Assembly: GCA_030727625.1 (NCBI GenBank)
Contig: JANRBI010000257.1
Location: 1-55,246 of the forward strand
Reading direction: 5' to 3'
Length of the DNA stretch: 55,246 nt
DNA from: Salibacteraceae bacterium
GTDB taxonomy: Bacteria; Bacteroidota; Bacteroidia; Flavobacteriales_G; Salibacteraceae
In this document: positions 42,589 through 51,494 of the stretch, piece by piece
Position numbering within the stretch: the first letter of the stretch is position 1
Layout of the letters: each line of letters begins with the position of its first letter
Program-made: the position numbers and the translations under genes
Notes under the pieces: generated by a model
What the model was told of the DNA's origin: nothing
The model's database searches: none
Seen by the model: only the letters and a program-made list of their open reading frames with translations

Positions 42589-43547
42589 TAGTATTTATTC
42601 TGGCTCAAGTAATTATTCACGTAGTCTTCGATTCCAGTTTCTAACGTGTAAAACTGTTTTGAGTAGCCAGCATTTCGCAGCTTGCGCATGTTTGCTTCCG
42701 TAAAATACTGATACTTATCTCTAATATCAGTTGGTGTATCAATAAATTCAATTTCTTCTTTTTTAGCTAAAGCCGAAAAAGTACTTTTTGCTAAATCGAG
42801 AAACGCACGAGCTGTGCCCGTACCAAGATTATACAAGCCGCTCTCAGGCTTAGATTCCATTAAAAATTGAATCACCGAAATCAAATCTTTTACGTAAACA
42901 AAATCGCGAAGCTGTCCACCATCGGCATAATCTGGATTGTGTGATCTGAATAACTTCATGCTGCCTTTAGATTCTATTTGATAATACGCATGCATGATTA
43001 CCGAAGCCATTCTGCCTTTATGATACTCGTTAGGTCCGTAAACATTGAAAAACTTTAGCCCGTACCAATTTGGAGGTTGCTCTTCTTGTTTAAATGCCCA
43101 TTTATCAAATTCATTTTTAGAAACTCCATAAGGGTTTAACGGAACCAATTTTTCAATGATTTCGCTATTATCATCGTAGCCAAATTCACCGTTTCCGTAT
43201 GTGGCAGCAGACGAAGCATAAATCATCGGAATCTCTTTCTCCACACAAGCACTCCAAACACTTTTGGTGTATTCAAGATTCAGTTCTTCTAAAATGGAGT
43301 AATCAAACTCAGTAGTATCGGTGCGTGCTCCAATGTGAATAACCGCATCCACATTTTCAGCTACTTCGAGCCAATCTATGAAATCGTCTCGCTCAATTTT
43401 ATCTAAATGTGCAATTGCATCAAGGTTTTTGTATTTGCTTTGATTTGAAAAATCATCCACAATGAGCACTTTATGTGTGCCCTTTCTGTCTAATTCCGCT
43501 GCCAAGCAACTACCAATAAAACCAGCTGCACCTGTAACTACAATCAT
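42585..43547 (-). CDS. hldD: ADP-L-glycero-D-manno-heptose 6-epimerase
   Basis: 320 aa. VTGAAGFIGS Rossmann motif, ASSAATYG and FNVYGPNEYHKGRMASV motifs match E. coli HldD closely. Confidence 0.85.
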   Translation of the reverse strand: MIVVTGAAGFIGSCLAAELDRKGTHKVLIVDDFSNQSKYKNLDAIAHLDKIERDDFIDWLEVAENVDAVIHIGARTDTTEFDYSILEELNLEYTKSVWSACVEKEIPMIYASSAATYGNGEFGYDDNSEIIEKLVPLNPYGVSKNEFDKWAFKQEEQPPNWYGLKFFNVYGPNEYHKGRMASVIMHAYYQIESKGSMKLFRSHNPDYADGGQLRDFVYVKDLISVIQFLMESKPESGLYNLGTGTARAFLDLAKSTFSALAKKEEIEFIDTPTDIRDKYQYFTEANMRKLRNAGYSKQFYTLETGIEDYVNNYLSQNKYY

Positions 43548-43566
43548 TTTTCACTGAATTTGGCCG

Positions 43567-43574
43567 CAAAGGTA
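43567..43574 (-). promoter_or_regulatory. Candidate -7 box TACCTTTG upstream of hldD
   Basis: Exact TAnnTTTG on the minus strand, 19 nt before ATG 43547. Confidence 0.45.
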
Positions 43575-43593
43575 TCCAATGAAGTAAGGCTTC

Positions 43594-43601
43594 TATCTTT
43601 G
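43594..43601 (+). promoter_or_regulatory. Candidate -7 box TATCTTTG upstream of PTPS-folE-fabD
   Basis: Exact TAnnTTTG, 18 nt before ATG 43620, divergent from the hldD box. Confidence 0.45.
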
Positions 43602-43619
43602 CCGTCAATTTTTTAAAAG

Positions 43620-44039
43620 ATGTCTAAACTAGTTTACATCACGCGTAGAGAAAGATTTTCTGCCGCCCACAAGCTTTCGGTAGACGAATGGAGCGAAGAA
43701 AAAAACTACGAGGTGTTTGGTAAATGTGCCAACCCGATGTGGCACGGTCACAATTACAATCTTTTTGTTACTGTGAAAGGTGAACCAAATCCGAAAACAG
43801 GATTTGTTGTTGACCTTAGCGATTTGAGCATTTTGATCAAAGACAAAGTGATTCAGCATGTAGACCACAAAAACTTGAATCTCCAAACTCCTTTCTTGAA
43901 AGGTATCATGGCATCTACGGAAAACATTGCCATCGGCATTTGGGAACAAATAGCCGATGATATCAAAACCATGGGCGGTGAATTGCATTGCGTGCGAGTA
44001 GAAGAGACCGAAAACAATTACGCAGAATACTATGGATAA
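43620..44039 (+). CDS. 6-pyruvoyl-tetrahydropterin synthase family protein (COG0720), eukaryote-like PTPS-II signature
   Basis: 139 aa. [20 protein letters not shown] (Cx5HGH), VDHKNLN and [13 protein letters not shown]. Confidence 0.88.
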   Translation: MSKLVYITRRERFSAAHKLSVDEWSEEKNYEVFGKCANPMWHGHNYNLFVTVKGEPNPKTGFVVDLSDLSILIKDKVIQHVDHKNLNLQTPFLKGIMASTENIAIGIWEQIADDIKTMGGELHCVRVEETENNYAEYYG

Positions 44040-44655
44040 CTCTATCAACGCCTCGAAAAAAGGGTATGAAAAAGTGGAGACATACAACGATGCCGACATC
44101 GAGCAAATGGCCCATTCTTACCAAAACATCATCGAGCGCCTTGGAGAAGATCCTACAAGAGAAGGACTTTTAAAAACACCTGAACGCGCTGCCAAAGCCA
44201 TGCAATTTTTAACGCAAGGCTATGAGCAAGATGGTGCTGAAATATTAAGAAGTGCGCTTTTTACCGAAGAGCATCAACAAATGGTTTTGGTAAAAGACAT
44301 TGAAGTTTACTCGCTTTGCGAACACCATATTCTTCCCTTTTTTGGAAAAGCGCATATTGCTTATATCCCTAATGGGAAAATTGTTGGTTTGAGCAAAATA
44401 CCGCGTGTGGTTGATGTTTTCGCTAGAAGATTACAGGTACAAGAGCGACTGACATTTCAGATCAGAGATTGTATTCAAGACACCTTAAAACCACTTGGTG
44501 TAGCGGTAGTAATTGAAGCGCAACACATGTGCATGCAAATGCGCGGTGTGCAAAAACAAAACTCTGTAACTACCACATCTGCCTTTACTGGCGAATTTTT
44601 GAAAGACGCGACCCGAAAAGAATTTATCAGTTTAATCTCTGCTAAACTTAGCTAA
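44032..44655 (+). CDS. folE: GTP cyclohydrolase I (FolE type IA)
   Basis: 207 aa. [18 protein letters not shown] and the QVQERLT motif. 8-nt overlap with the PTPS gene. Confidence 0.96.
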   Translation: MDNSINASKKGYEKVETYNDADIEQMAHSYQNIIERLGEDPTREGLLKTPERAAKAMQFLTQGYEQDGAEILRSALFTEEHQQMVLVKDIEVYSLCEHHILPFFGKAHIAYIPNGKIVGLSKIPRVVDVFARRLQVQERLTFQIRDCIQDTLKPLGVAVVIEAQHMCMQMRGVQKQNSVTTTSAFTGEFLKDATRKEFISLISAKLS

Positions 44656-44657
44656 CT

Positions 44658-45533
44658 ATGAAAACAGCCTACGTATTTCCCGGCCAAGGAGCGCAATTCT
44701 CAGGAATGGGAAAAGAGCTTTACGAATCGAACCCAAACGCTAAAATGCTTTTTGAAAAAGCCAATGAAATTCTTGGTTTTGACATTGCAAAAATCATGTT
44801 TGAAGGTTCTGACGAAGAATTGAAACAAACCAAAGTAACGCAGCCTGCTGTGTTTTTACATTCAACAATACTAGCTTCAACCATCGAAAACTTTCAACCA
44901 GACATGGTTGCAGGTCATAGTCTAGGCGAGCTATCAGCACTTGTAGCTAACAAAACATTGAGTTTTGAAGACGGCTTGAGATTGGTTTATAAGAGAGCTT
45001 TAGCAATGCAACAAGCATGCGAAGTAGAACCATCAACCATGGCAGCAATTCTAGGATTGGATGACAACATTGTAGAAGAAGTTTGCGCAAGCATTGACGA
45101 AGTGGTGGTTGCTGCTAATTACAACTGCCCGGGTCAATTGGTGATAAGCGGAAGTATTGAAGGTGTGAACAAAGCATGCGAAGCTTTGAAAGAAAAAGGA
45201 GCGAAACGCGCTTTAGTATTGCCAGTTGGCGGTGCTTTTCACTCACCATTAATGGAGCCAGCACGCAAAGAATTGCAAGATGCCATTGAAGCAACTGAAT
45301 TCAAATCACCTATTTGCCCTGTATACCAAAATGTTACTGCCAATGCGGTAAGCAGTTCTGATGAAATAAAGGCCAATTTGATCAAACAACTCACTGCTCC
45401 TGTAAGATGGACACAAAGTGTAGAACAAATGGTAGCCGATGGCGGAACACATTTCGTAGAAGTTGGTCCAGGAAAAGTTTTAAGTGGATTGGTGAAGAAA
45501 ATTCACCGCGAAGCTGAAGTATCGCAAGCTTAA
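44658..45533 (+). CDS. fabD: Malonyl CoA-ACP transacylase
   Basis: 291 aa. FPGQGAQ, the GHSLGE nucleophile and a GAFHSPLM motif. Confidence 0.96.
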   Translation: MKTAYVFPGQGAQFSGMGKELYESNPNAKMLFEKANEILGFDIAKIMFEGSDEELKQTKVTQPAVFLHSTILASTIENFQPDMVAGHSLGELSALVANKTLSFEDGLRLVYKRALAMQQACEVEPSTMAAILGLDDNIVEEVCASIDEVVVAANYNCPGQLVISGSIEGVNKACEALKEKGAKRALVLPVGGAFHSPLMEPARKELQDAIEATEFKSPICPVYQNVTANAVSSSDEIKANLIKQLTAPVRWTQSVEQMVADGGTHFVEVGPGKVLSGLVKKIHREAEVSQA

Positions 45534-46288
45534 AGCAGCGACTGATTCATTAATTTATTGTCTTTTAAAATTTGATGCACCACTTCTTGACGAGAAGCTT
45601 GGTGCATTAAATTTATATGACCAGCATGATGGCAATCAGATCCGAAAAAGCTGATCATATTATTTGCTATAAGTTTCTGTGCAATTTTCTTTACCTGTGG
45701 CGAATAATGACCTGTTAGCGAATTGATATTTAATTGCATCAAAACGCTTTTATCAACCATGGTTTGATACTTTTCAAAATCCATATGCCAAAACGCATAA
45801 CGCTCGGGATGTGCTAGAACAGGCTTATAGCCTGCTAGCTGCATTTCGAAAATAGCTTCACTCAAGTTTGGCGGCTCACTGATAAATGGCAATTCGAATA
45901 GCACATAATTATCTCCAAACGTGAGCAGGTCTTTCGCCTTTATTTTTGGTTGAAACTCAGAGTCAAGGTTGTACTCTGCCGCGCAATCAATTTCTAGCTT
46001 GATTCCAGCTTTTGCAATTGCTTCGCGCACATCATCACGGCCTTTTTTAATAGTATCTGAGCTATTTCGATAGTAATCGCTCATAACATGCGGAGTCGTA
46101 ATCACCTTTTTATAACCCATGGATTCTATGCCTCGCAGTAATTCGAGCGTGGTTTCCATATCGGGCGAACCATCATCTATACCAGGAATAAAATGCGAGT
46201 GAATATCCACTTTAAGGTATTCGCCAAGAGCCAATGGCTCCAATAACTTCTCTTTTACACCAAATATCTTAGCTAACTTTCCGAACAT
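45530..46288 (-). CDS. PHP-family protein-tyrosine phosphatase (CpsB/CapC type)
   Basis: DIHSHFIPGIDDGS metal motif, TPH and AHPERY motifs. The ORF-track start at 46297 is a TTG lying inside the -7 box. The first ATG is at 46288 (MFGKLAK). Confidence 0.85.
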   Translation of the reverse strand: MFGKLAKIFGVKEKLLEPLALGEYLKVDIHSHFIPGIDDGSPDMETTLELLRGIESMGYKKVITTPHVMSDYYRNSSDTIKKGRDDVREAIAKAGIKLEIDCAAEYNLDSEFQPKIKAKDLLTFGDNYVLFELPFISEPPNLSEAIFEMQLAGYKPVLAHPERYAFWHMDFEKYQTMVDKSVLMQLNINSLTGHYSPQVKKIAQKLIANNMISFFGSDCHHAGHINLMHQASRQEVVHQILKDNKLMNQSLL

Positions 46289-46294
46289 TGCATG

Positions 46295-46302
46295 CAAAGT
46301 TA
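46295..46302 (-). promoter_or_regulatory. Candidate -7 box TAACTTTG upstream of the CpsB-like gene
   Basis: Exact TAnnTTTG on the minus strand, 6 nt before ATG 46288. Confidence 0.4.
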
Positions 46303-46332
46303 TTCTCTTAATAGACGGAAAACTTGAATAAA

Positions 46333-47118
46333 ATGAGATTTAAACTTATTTACAATATTCTCTTACTTAGCTTGATTTCGTGCAACTCTAAAAGCGATCG
46401 ACTTACGACCGATGGAAAGGAACTAAACCTTAAAACCTTAGAGAAAACAACAGAAAGCGAACTAAAAACAGAAGAACTGAATTGGCCTTCTGCCGAAAAA
46501 GCGATGTCATTTTTAAAAGAATATGGCAATGAAAACTCAGAAAACAAGGTGGTTTTAAAAACTAGACTAGGAAACATTACCATTCAGTTATACGATGACA
46601 CACCGCTGCACCGAGCCAATTTTATCTTCAACACTAAAAGAAAGCTTTATGAAAAAACAATTTTCTACCGAGTGGTTCCTGATTTTATGATTCAGGGTGG
46701 AAATTCGGACTATGATAAAACACTAGAAATGCGCGCATCAAATTCTGCTTATTACGTAACAAACGAAGTGCAAGCAAATCACATTCACAAAAAAGGTGCT
46801 GTGGCTATGGCCATGACTTATATTGACAATCCAGAAATGAAATCGGCCCAATACAGCTACTACATTGTTATTGGGAAAATATTTGACGCAGCCGTGCTTG
46901 AAGCCACCGAAAAAGAGTACAAGATTAAAATCCCTGAAGAGAATAAGTTGATTTACAAATCGCTAGGCGGAACTCCGCATCTAGATGGCGTGCATACTGT
47001 GTTTGGTGAAGTGATAGAAGGAATAGACGTGGTAGAAGCGATTTCAAAAGAAAAAACAGATAGCGGAGATTGGCCCATCAATGACGTAATCATCGACTGC
47101 GAGGTTTTGAAAGACTAA
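46333..47118 (+). CDS. Cyclophilin-type peptidyl-prolyl cis-trans isomerase, lipoprotein
   Basis: FYRVVPDFMIQGG and HTVFGEV motifs. Trimmed from TTG 46324 to ATG 46333 (MRFKLIYNILLLSLISC gives a signal peptide plus lipobox). Confidence 0.9.
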   Translation: MRFKLIYNILLLSLISCNSKSDRLTTDGKELNLKTLEKTTESELKTEELNWPSAEKAMSFLKEYGNENSENKVVLKTRLGNITIQLYDDTPLHRANFIFNTKRKLYEKTIFYRVVPDFMIQGGNSDYDKTLEMRASNSAYYVTNEVQANHIHKKGAVAMAMTYIDNPEMKSAQYSYYIVIGKIFDAAVLEATEKEYKIKIPEENKLIYKSLGGTPHLDGVHTVFGEVIEGIDVVEAISKEKTDSGDWPINDVIIDCEVLKD

Positions 47119-47119
47119 T

Positions 47120-47257
47120 TTACTTGCACTTGAACTTGCCGCTCACTGGTTTTTTATGATAACCACCTGAAGACGCGCAAGATGAAATAGATGCGGCTAA
47201 AAATAGGACTAGCGCCACTGCGCTCAATCGGAATAATATTTTCTTGATTTTTATCAC
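47120..47257 (-). CDS. Unlisted 45-aa mini-lipoprotein (GTG start)
   Basis: Own translation: (M)IKIKKILFRLSAVALVLFLAASISSCASSGGYHKKPVSGKFKCK. It has a K-rich n-region, an h-region and the lipobox SISSC. An in-frame stop lies just upstream and an exact -7 box sits 4 nt before the GTG. Confidence 0.5.
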   Translation of the reverse strand: MIKIKKILFRLSAVALVLFLAASISSCASSGGYHKKPVSGKFKCK

Positions 47258-47261
47258 GCTT

Positions 47262-47269
47262 CAAAAGTA
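47262..47269 (-). promoter_or_regulatory. Candidate -7 box TACTTTTG upstream of the mini-lipoprotein ORF
   Basis: Exact TAnnTTTG on the minus strand, 4 nt before GTG 47257. Confidence 0.4.
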
Positions 47270-47325
47270 TCCATTTTGTTCTTTTCTACGTAATAGAAGG
47301 TCATATTCAAAATCGAAAGGTAAAA

Positions 47326-48876
47326 ATGCTCCATTCTTTAGAAAAAATTCCCATCGGTAGACTAGCCACTTCACGATTTGAAGACCAAGTGGAAACCATG
47401 GCTAAAATAGGATCGTGGACCATTGATTTTGACAAAAAAGAGTCGCATTGGTCATTGAATTCACTCAATCTACACGGACTAGATTCAAAAAAAGTGTGGT
47501 CATGGGGCACGGTATTTAATAGTTATGAAGAATCAACCAAATCAAAGTTCAATGATTTGGTAAACCAAATGATGCTTGATCATCACCCCATTTCTATCGA
47601 TCTGAAAATTAACCAATCCGAAAAAAGTCTTTCGAGATTAGTATTAAGGGTTCAAGCTCAACCCATGATAAATGCGAAAAATCAATGCATAGGAATTGTT
47701 GGCGTTTTTCAAGACATTAAAGATTTAATATCCGACAAATCCTTACTAGTAGATAGCGAAAGAAGATTCAAAGCCATATTCAATCAAAGCTTTCAGTTTG
47801 TTGGTTTACTAGATCCTCAAGGCAGCTTAATTGAAGCTAATGAGACTGCATTAGACTTTGGAGGTATGACTCTTGAAAGTATTAAAGGATTAAAATTTTG
47901 GGATACGCCTTGGTTTCAATATAAAGAAGATGTGCGACTGCAACTTAAGAATGCCATTCAAGCAGCAAGAAAAGGAAGGCTAATAAGATACGAGACAGAA
48001 ATCATCGGCATTGGAGGAAGCACATTAACAATAGATCTTTCTATCCGACCAATTCTTGATGAAAACGGAGAGGTAATGTATCTGATTCCCGAAGGCAGAG
48101 ATATTTCTGATAAGCGCGAAGTACACCAGCAACTTATTGAACTAAACAAGGAGCTTGAGCTAAAAGTAGAAAACAGAACACGAGAACTTCAACAAACCAA
48201 TGAAGATTTAGAATCATTTGCCTACAGTATCTCGCACGATTTGCGAGCACCCCTCAGGGCTATTAGTGGGTTTAGTCAGATAATATTAGAGGAATACGAG
48301 CAGGTGCTCAATGAAGAAGGACATCGATTGTTGAATGTCATCATTGGGAATAGTCAAAAAATGTCTGCGCTCATTGATGATTTACTTTTATTCTCGAGAA
48401 CATCAAGAAAAGAAGTTCTGAAAACTGAAGTTAACACATCTAGAACTTTCGAAGCTGTGGCGACTGAAATCAAACTTGGAAATAAATATGTATTTCCAGA
48501 AATCAAGTATGACAATCTCCCCATTGTTTTTGCCGATTCTGGAATGTTCAGGCAAGTGATCATGAACCTGCTTGAAAATGCCGTTAAATATTCATCAAAG
48601 GTGAATCAACCCCTAATTAAGGTAAGGTGCCTAAGTTTAGAAACTGAATATGAATTTTGCATCTCTGATAACGGAATCGGATTTGACAACAACAACGCTA
48701 AAGGGCTATTTCAAGTTTTTCAGAGATTACATTCATCTAAAACTTTTGAAGGAACCGGTGTGGGGTTGAGTATTGTGAAAAAAATCATAGACAAACATGG
48801 AGGTAGAGTTTGGGCCAAGGGAGTTCCAAACCAAGGTGCAAGCTTTTATTTTACACTGCCAAAGTATGATGAATAA
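47326..48876 (+). CDS. Cytoplasmic PAS-PAS sensor histidine kinase (HisKA + HATPase_c)
   Basis: 516 aa. AKIGSW and RFKAIFNQS PAS starts, H-box FAYSISHDLRAPLR, N-box NLLENAVKY and G-boxes DNGIGF/GTGVGLS. No TM span seen. The start could alternatively be at M25 (47398). Confidence 0.9.
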   Translation: MLHSLEKIPIGRLATSRFEDQVETMAKIGSWTIDFDKKESHWSLNSLNLHGLDSKKVWSWGTVFNSYEESTKSKFNDLVNQMMLDHHPISIDLKINQSEKSLSRLVLRVQAQPMINAKNQCIGIVGVFQDIKDLISDKSLLVDSERRFKAIFNQSFQFVGLLDPQGSLIEANETALDFGGMTLESIKGLKFWDTPWFQYKEDVRLQLKNAIQAARKGRLIRYETEIIGIGGSTLTIDLSIRPILDENGEVMYLIPEGRDISDKREVHQQLIELNKELELKVENRTRELQQTNEDLESFAYSISHDLRAPLRAISGFSQIILEEYEQVLNEEGHRLLNVIIGNSQKMSALIDDLLLFSRTSRKEVLKTEVNTSRTFEAVATEIKLGNKYVFPEIKYDNLPIVFADSGMFRQVIMNLLENAVKYSSKVNQPLIKVRCLSLETEYEFCISDNGIGFDNNNAKGLFQVFQRLHSSKTFEGTGVGLSIVKKIIDKHGGRVWAKGVPNQGASFYFTLPKYDE

Positions 48877-49288
48877 ACACATTTTACTGATTGATGACAG
48901 CACAGAAGACGCTGAACTGGCCTTAAGAGCAATTAGGAAGTTTGATGATTCGATCAAAGTAACATGGGCTCAGGTAAGCAAAGAAGTGCTGAATACCATT
49001 TCGAATTATAATGACTCATTGCTTGACTCAGATCATATTGATTTGGTGCTTTTAGACATTAAAATGTTTGAGCTTAGTGGATTTGAAGTATTGGATAAAA
49101 TTAGGTCTGGAATACGCTCCAAACAAACTCCAATCGTGATGTTGTCTTCTTCAAAAATTGAAACGGATATTACAAAGGCCTATAAAATGGGTGCAAACGG
49201 ATACATTCAAAAGCCCTGTGATTTCAAAGAATATAATGCGGTCATGTCAACCCTTTGCCACTATTGGCTCATAATTAACAAAGCCTGA
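48866..49288 (+). CDS. Stand-alone receiver (CheY/Rcp1-like) response regulator
   Basis: ILLIDDS, VLLDIKM (acceptor Asp), MLSSS and GYIQKP. The start was trimmed to ATG 48866 (MMNKH); the ORF-track start at 48797 lies inside the kinase gene. 11-nt overlap with the kinase. Confidence 0.88.
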   Translation: MMNKHILLIDDSTEDAELALRAIRKFDDSIKVTWAQVSKEVLNTISNYNDSLLDSDHIDLVLLDIKMFELSGFEVLDKIRSGIRSKQTPIVMLSSSKIETDITKAYKMGANGYIQKPCDFKEYNAVMSTLCHYWLIINKA

Positions 49289-49296
49289 TTTTATAA

Positions 49297-50766
49297 ATGT
49301 TTCCCAAGCGAATACTACTAATTGAAGACACACCAACTGACGCTGAATTAATAAGTCGACAGTTGCGAAAAGGCGGCTGTGAGTTTGTCGAAATTGCCGA
49401 AGATCGAGAAGAAGTAGTTGCTCAATTACATAAAGATTGGGACTTGATAGTTTCTGATTACAATTTGCCAGGTTTCAAAGGAATAGAAGTACTAAACTGG
49501 GCTCGCGAAAAAAGACCACATATTGCCTTTATTGTATGTAGTGGCGTAGTTGGTGACGAAAAAGCGGCTGAAGTGATAAAAACGGGAGCTGACGACTTTA
49601 TATCTAAAGACAACCTAAAGGACCGACTAATCATAAGTGTAGAACGCGCTTTTAGGGCAAGCAAGCTTAGAATGGACGAAAGTGAAGCAAGAACTGCACT
49701 TCATTTAACTACAGAAAGACTTGCAACAATCGTCAACAACATTCAAGAATCTACCTTACTTATTACCCGAAATAAGAGTCAAGCATATCGCTTAGAACAA
49801 GTAAACCCTCAATTTATAGCACTAATAAGTCAGATTAACCCAAACGCTGAAAGACTGGACCTAAAGCTAGATGTTTCACTATTTAGTTTTTTAAAACTAG
49901 CTCTTAATCCTTCTGAGCAATTTCTGAACAAGATTTCCTACGGTCTTGACAAAACCTTTAATCATAATAAAAACTCAAGTTTTCAGGAGAGTCTCATATT
50001 AAAAAACGGCAATCGAATTATTCTAGCATTTTCGGGCGTTCCGCTTAAAGACGAAAGTGACACCATACACCAATCTTTGATTTTGATAAAAGATATTACA
50101 AGTCAAATTGAAACAGAAGAATACATTTTAACTTCAACTTTGGAAGCGCAAGAAAAAGAAAGGAAACGACTTTCTTATGAACTGCATGATAGTATAGGGC
50201 AGAGTTTGAGTGCTGCAGTATTAAGTATGAATAAAGTATTGATGGATGAAACCGAAATGTGCGAGGAAAGCAAGGAAAAACTAAAGCAAGCTATTTACTA
50301 CACAAATACAGGAATACAAGAAGCACGGGCCATCGCACATAACTTACTTCCAAAATCTGTCGAAGATGCTGGCCTAGAAGATGCAATAGATAATATGCTG
50401 AACTCTGTTACCTCGGTGAGCAATATTAACTTCAGTTTCAATAGCAATCTGCATGGTACCAGAATTGCAAAAGACAGAGAAATAAACATTTTCAGGATTT
50501 GCCAAGAGGCAGTAAATAATATAATCCGTCATAGCAGAGCTAGCGAAGGCTCAATTCAAATAATGTCCTACGATGAAGTTCTAATTCTCACCATAGATGA
50601 TAACGGAACTGGATTTGATACAAAATCTAAGAAACTAAAAAACGGAATTGGCGTAGGAGGAATGATGAGTCGAACAAAAGCTATGGGAGGAGATTTTGAA
50701 ATAAGCAGCAAGCCAGATAAAGGCACACACATATTAATTGAGATTCCCGTTCAAGCAAACAATTAA
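49297..50766 (+). CDS. Hybrid protein: N-terminal receiver + sensor region + HisKA_3/HATPase_c kinase
   Basis: 489 aa. ILLIEDT..LIVSDYNLPG..FISKD receiver, H-box LSYELHDSIGQSLS (NarX/DegS type), then DDNGTGFD and GIGVGGM G-boxes. No TM span seen. Confidence 0.88.
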   Translation: MFPKRILLIEDTPTDAELISRQLRKGGCEFVEIAEDREEVVAQLHKDWDLIVSDYNLPGFKGIEVLNWAREKRPHIAFIVCSGVVGDEKAAEVIKTGADDFISKDNLKDRLIISVERAFRASKLRMDESEARTALHLTTERLATIVNNIQESTLLITRNKSQAYRLEQVNPQFIALISQINPNAERLDLKLDVSLFSFLKLALNPSEQFLNKISYGLDKTFNHNKNSSFQESLILKNGNRIILAFSGVPLKDESDTIHQSLILIKDITSQIETEEYILTSTLEAQEKERKRLSYELHDSIGQSLSAAVLSMNKVLMDETEMCEESKEKLKQAIYYTNTGIQEARAIAHNLLPKSVEDAGLEDAIDNMLNSVTSVSNINFSFNSNLHGTRIAKDREINIFRICQEAVNNIIRHSRASEGSIQIMSYDEVLILTIDDNGTGFDTKSKKLKNGIGVGGMMSRTKAMGGDFEISSKPDKGTHILIEIPVQANN

Positions 50767-50769
50767 AAT

Positions 50770-51438
50770 ATGGAACCACAAAATATACTATTAGTTGACG
50801 ATCATAAAATCATCAGAGAAGGCATCAAGCACTATTTAGAAGGACTTGACAATGTTACCGTAATAGGTGAGGCTCAAAATGGTCAACAAGCATTAGAATG
50901 GCTGAAATCTAACAGCAAACAAGTCACTATTGCACTGCTTGATATTGGTATGGATGGCATGAATGGTATCCAGCTTTGCGAACAAATACTACAGCTCTAT
51001 CCAGAAATCAAGTGCATTGCTCTTTCAATGTTTAGCGAACCACATCATATTAAGCAAATGATGCAAGCAGGAGCAAAAGGATACATGCTCAAAAACTCAA
51101 CCCAAGAAGAGCTAAAAGAGGCTTTAGAAAATGTAGCTTCTGGTCGAAACTTCTTTACTTCTGAGGTAACTAACATTATTATGTCTAGCATGGCAGGCAC
51201 AAACAAAAAGAGTTATTCAAAAGTTTCATTGGAAATGCCTTTAACGGAACGCGAATTAGAAGTACTGGAATTAGTGATGAAAGAATTCACGAATAATGAA
51301 ATAGCAGACGAGCTATTCATATCACCAAGAACCGTTGATGCGCACAAACGAAATTTGTTAGAAAAAACAGGTTCAAAAAACCTAGCTGGGTTGGTGATGT
51401 ATGCTGTACATCATAGCCTTTTTGACGATTTGTATTAG
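50770..51438 (+). CDS. NarL/FixJ-family response regulator (REC + LuxR/GerE HTH)
   Basis: 222 aa. ILLVDDH, ALLDIGMDGM and GYMLK receiver motifs. LTERELEVLELV...NEIADELFISPRTVDAHKRNLLEK HTH. Confidence 0.93.
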   Translation: MEPQNILLVDDHKIIREGIKHYLEGLDNVTVIGEAQNGQQALEWLKSNSKQVTIALLDIGMDGMNGIQLCEQILQLYPEIKCIALSMFSEPHHIKQMMQAGAKGYMLKNSTQEELKEALENVASGRNFFTSEVTNIIMSSMAGTNKKSYSKVSLEMPLTERELEVLELVMKEFTNNEIADELFISPRTVDAHKRNLLEKTGSKNLAGLVMYAVHHSLFDDLY

Positions 51439-51494
51439 GCTTTATTTCAATAACTAAGAGATTTGCCTAATCTATACTTTTAGTTATCACCCCG

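Noticed and set aside
43629-44099. A 156-aa minus-strand ORF covering the whole PTPS gene.
   Set aside because: It is antisense to a gene with unmistakable catalytic motifs. Its own product has no recognisable features, and no promoter box precedes it.
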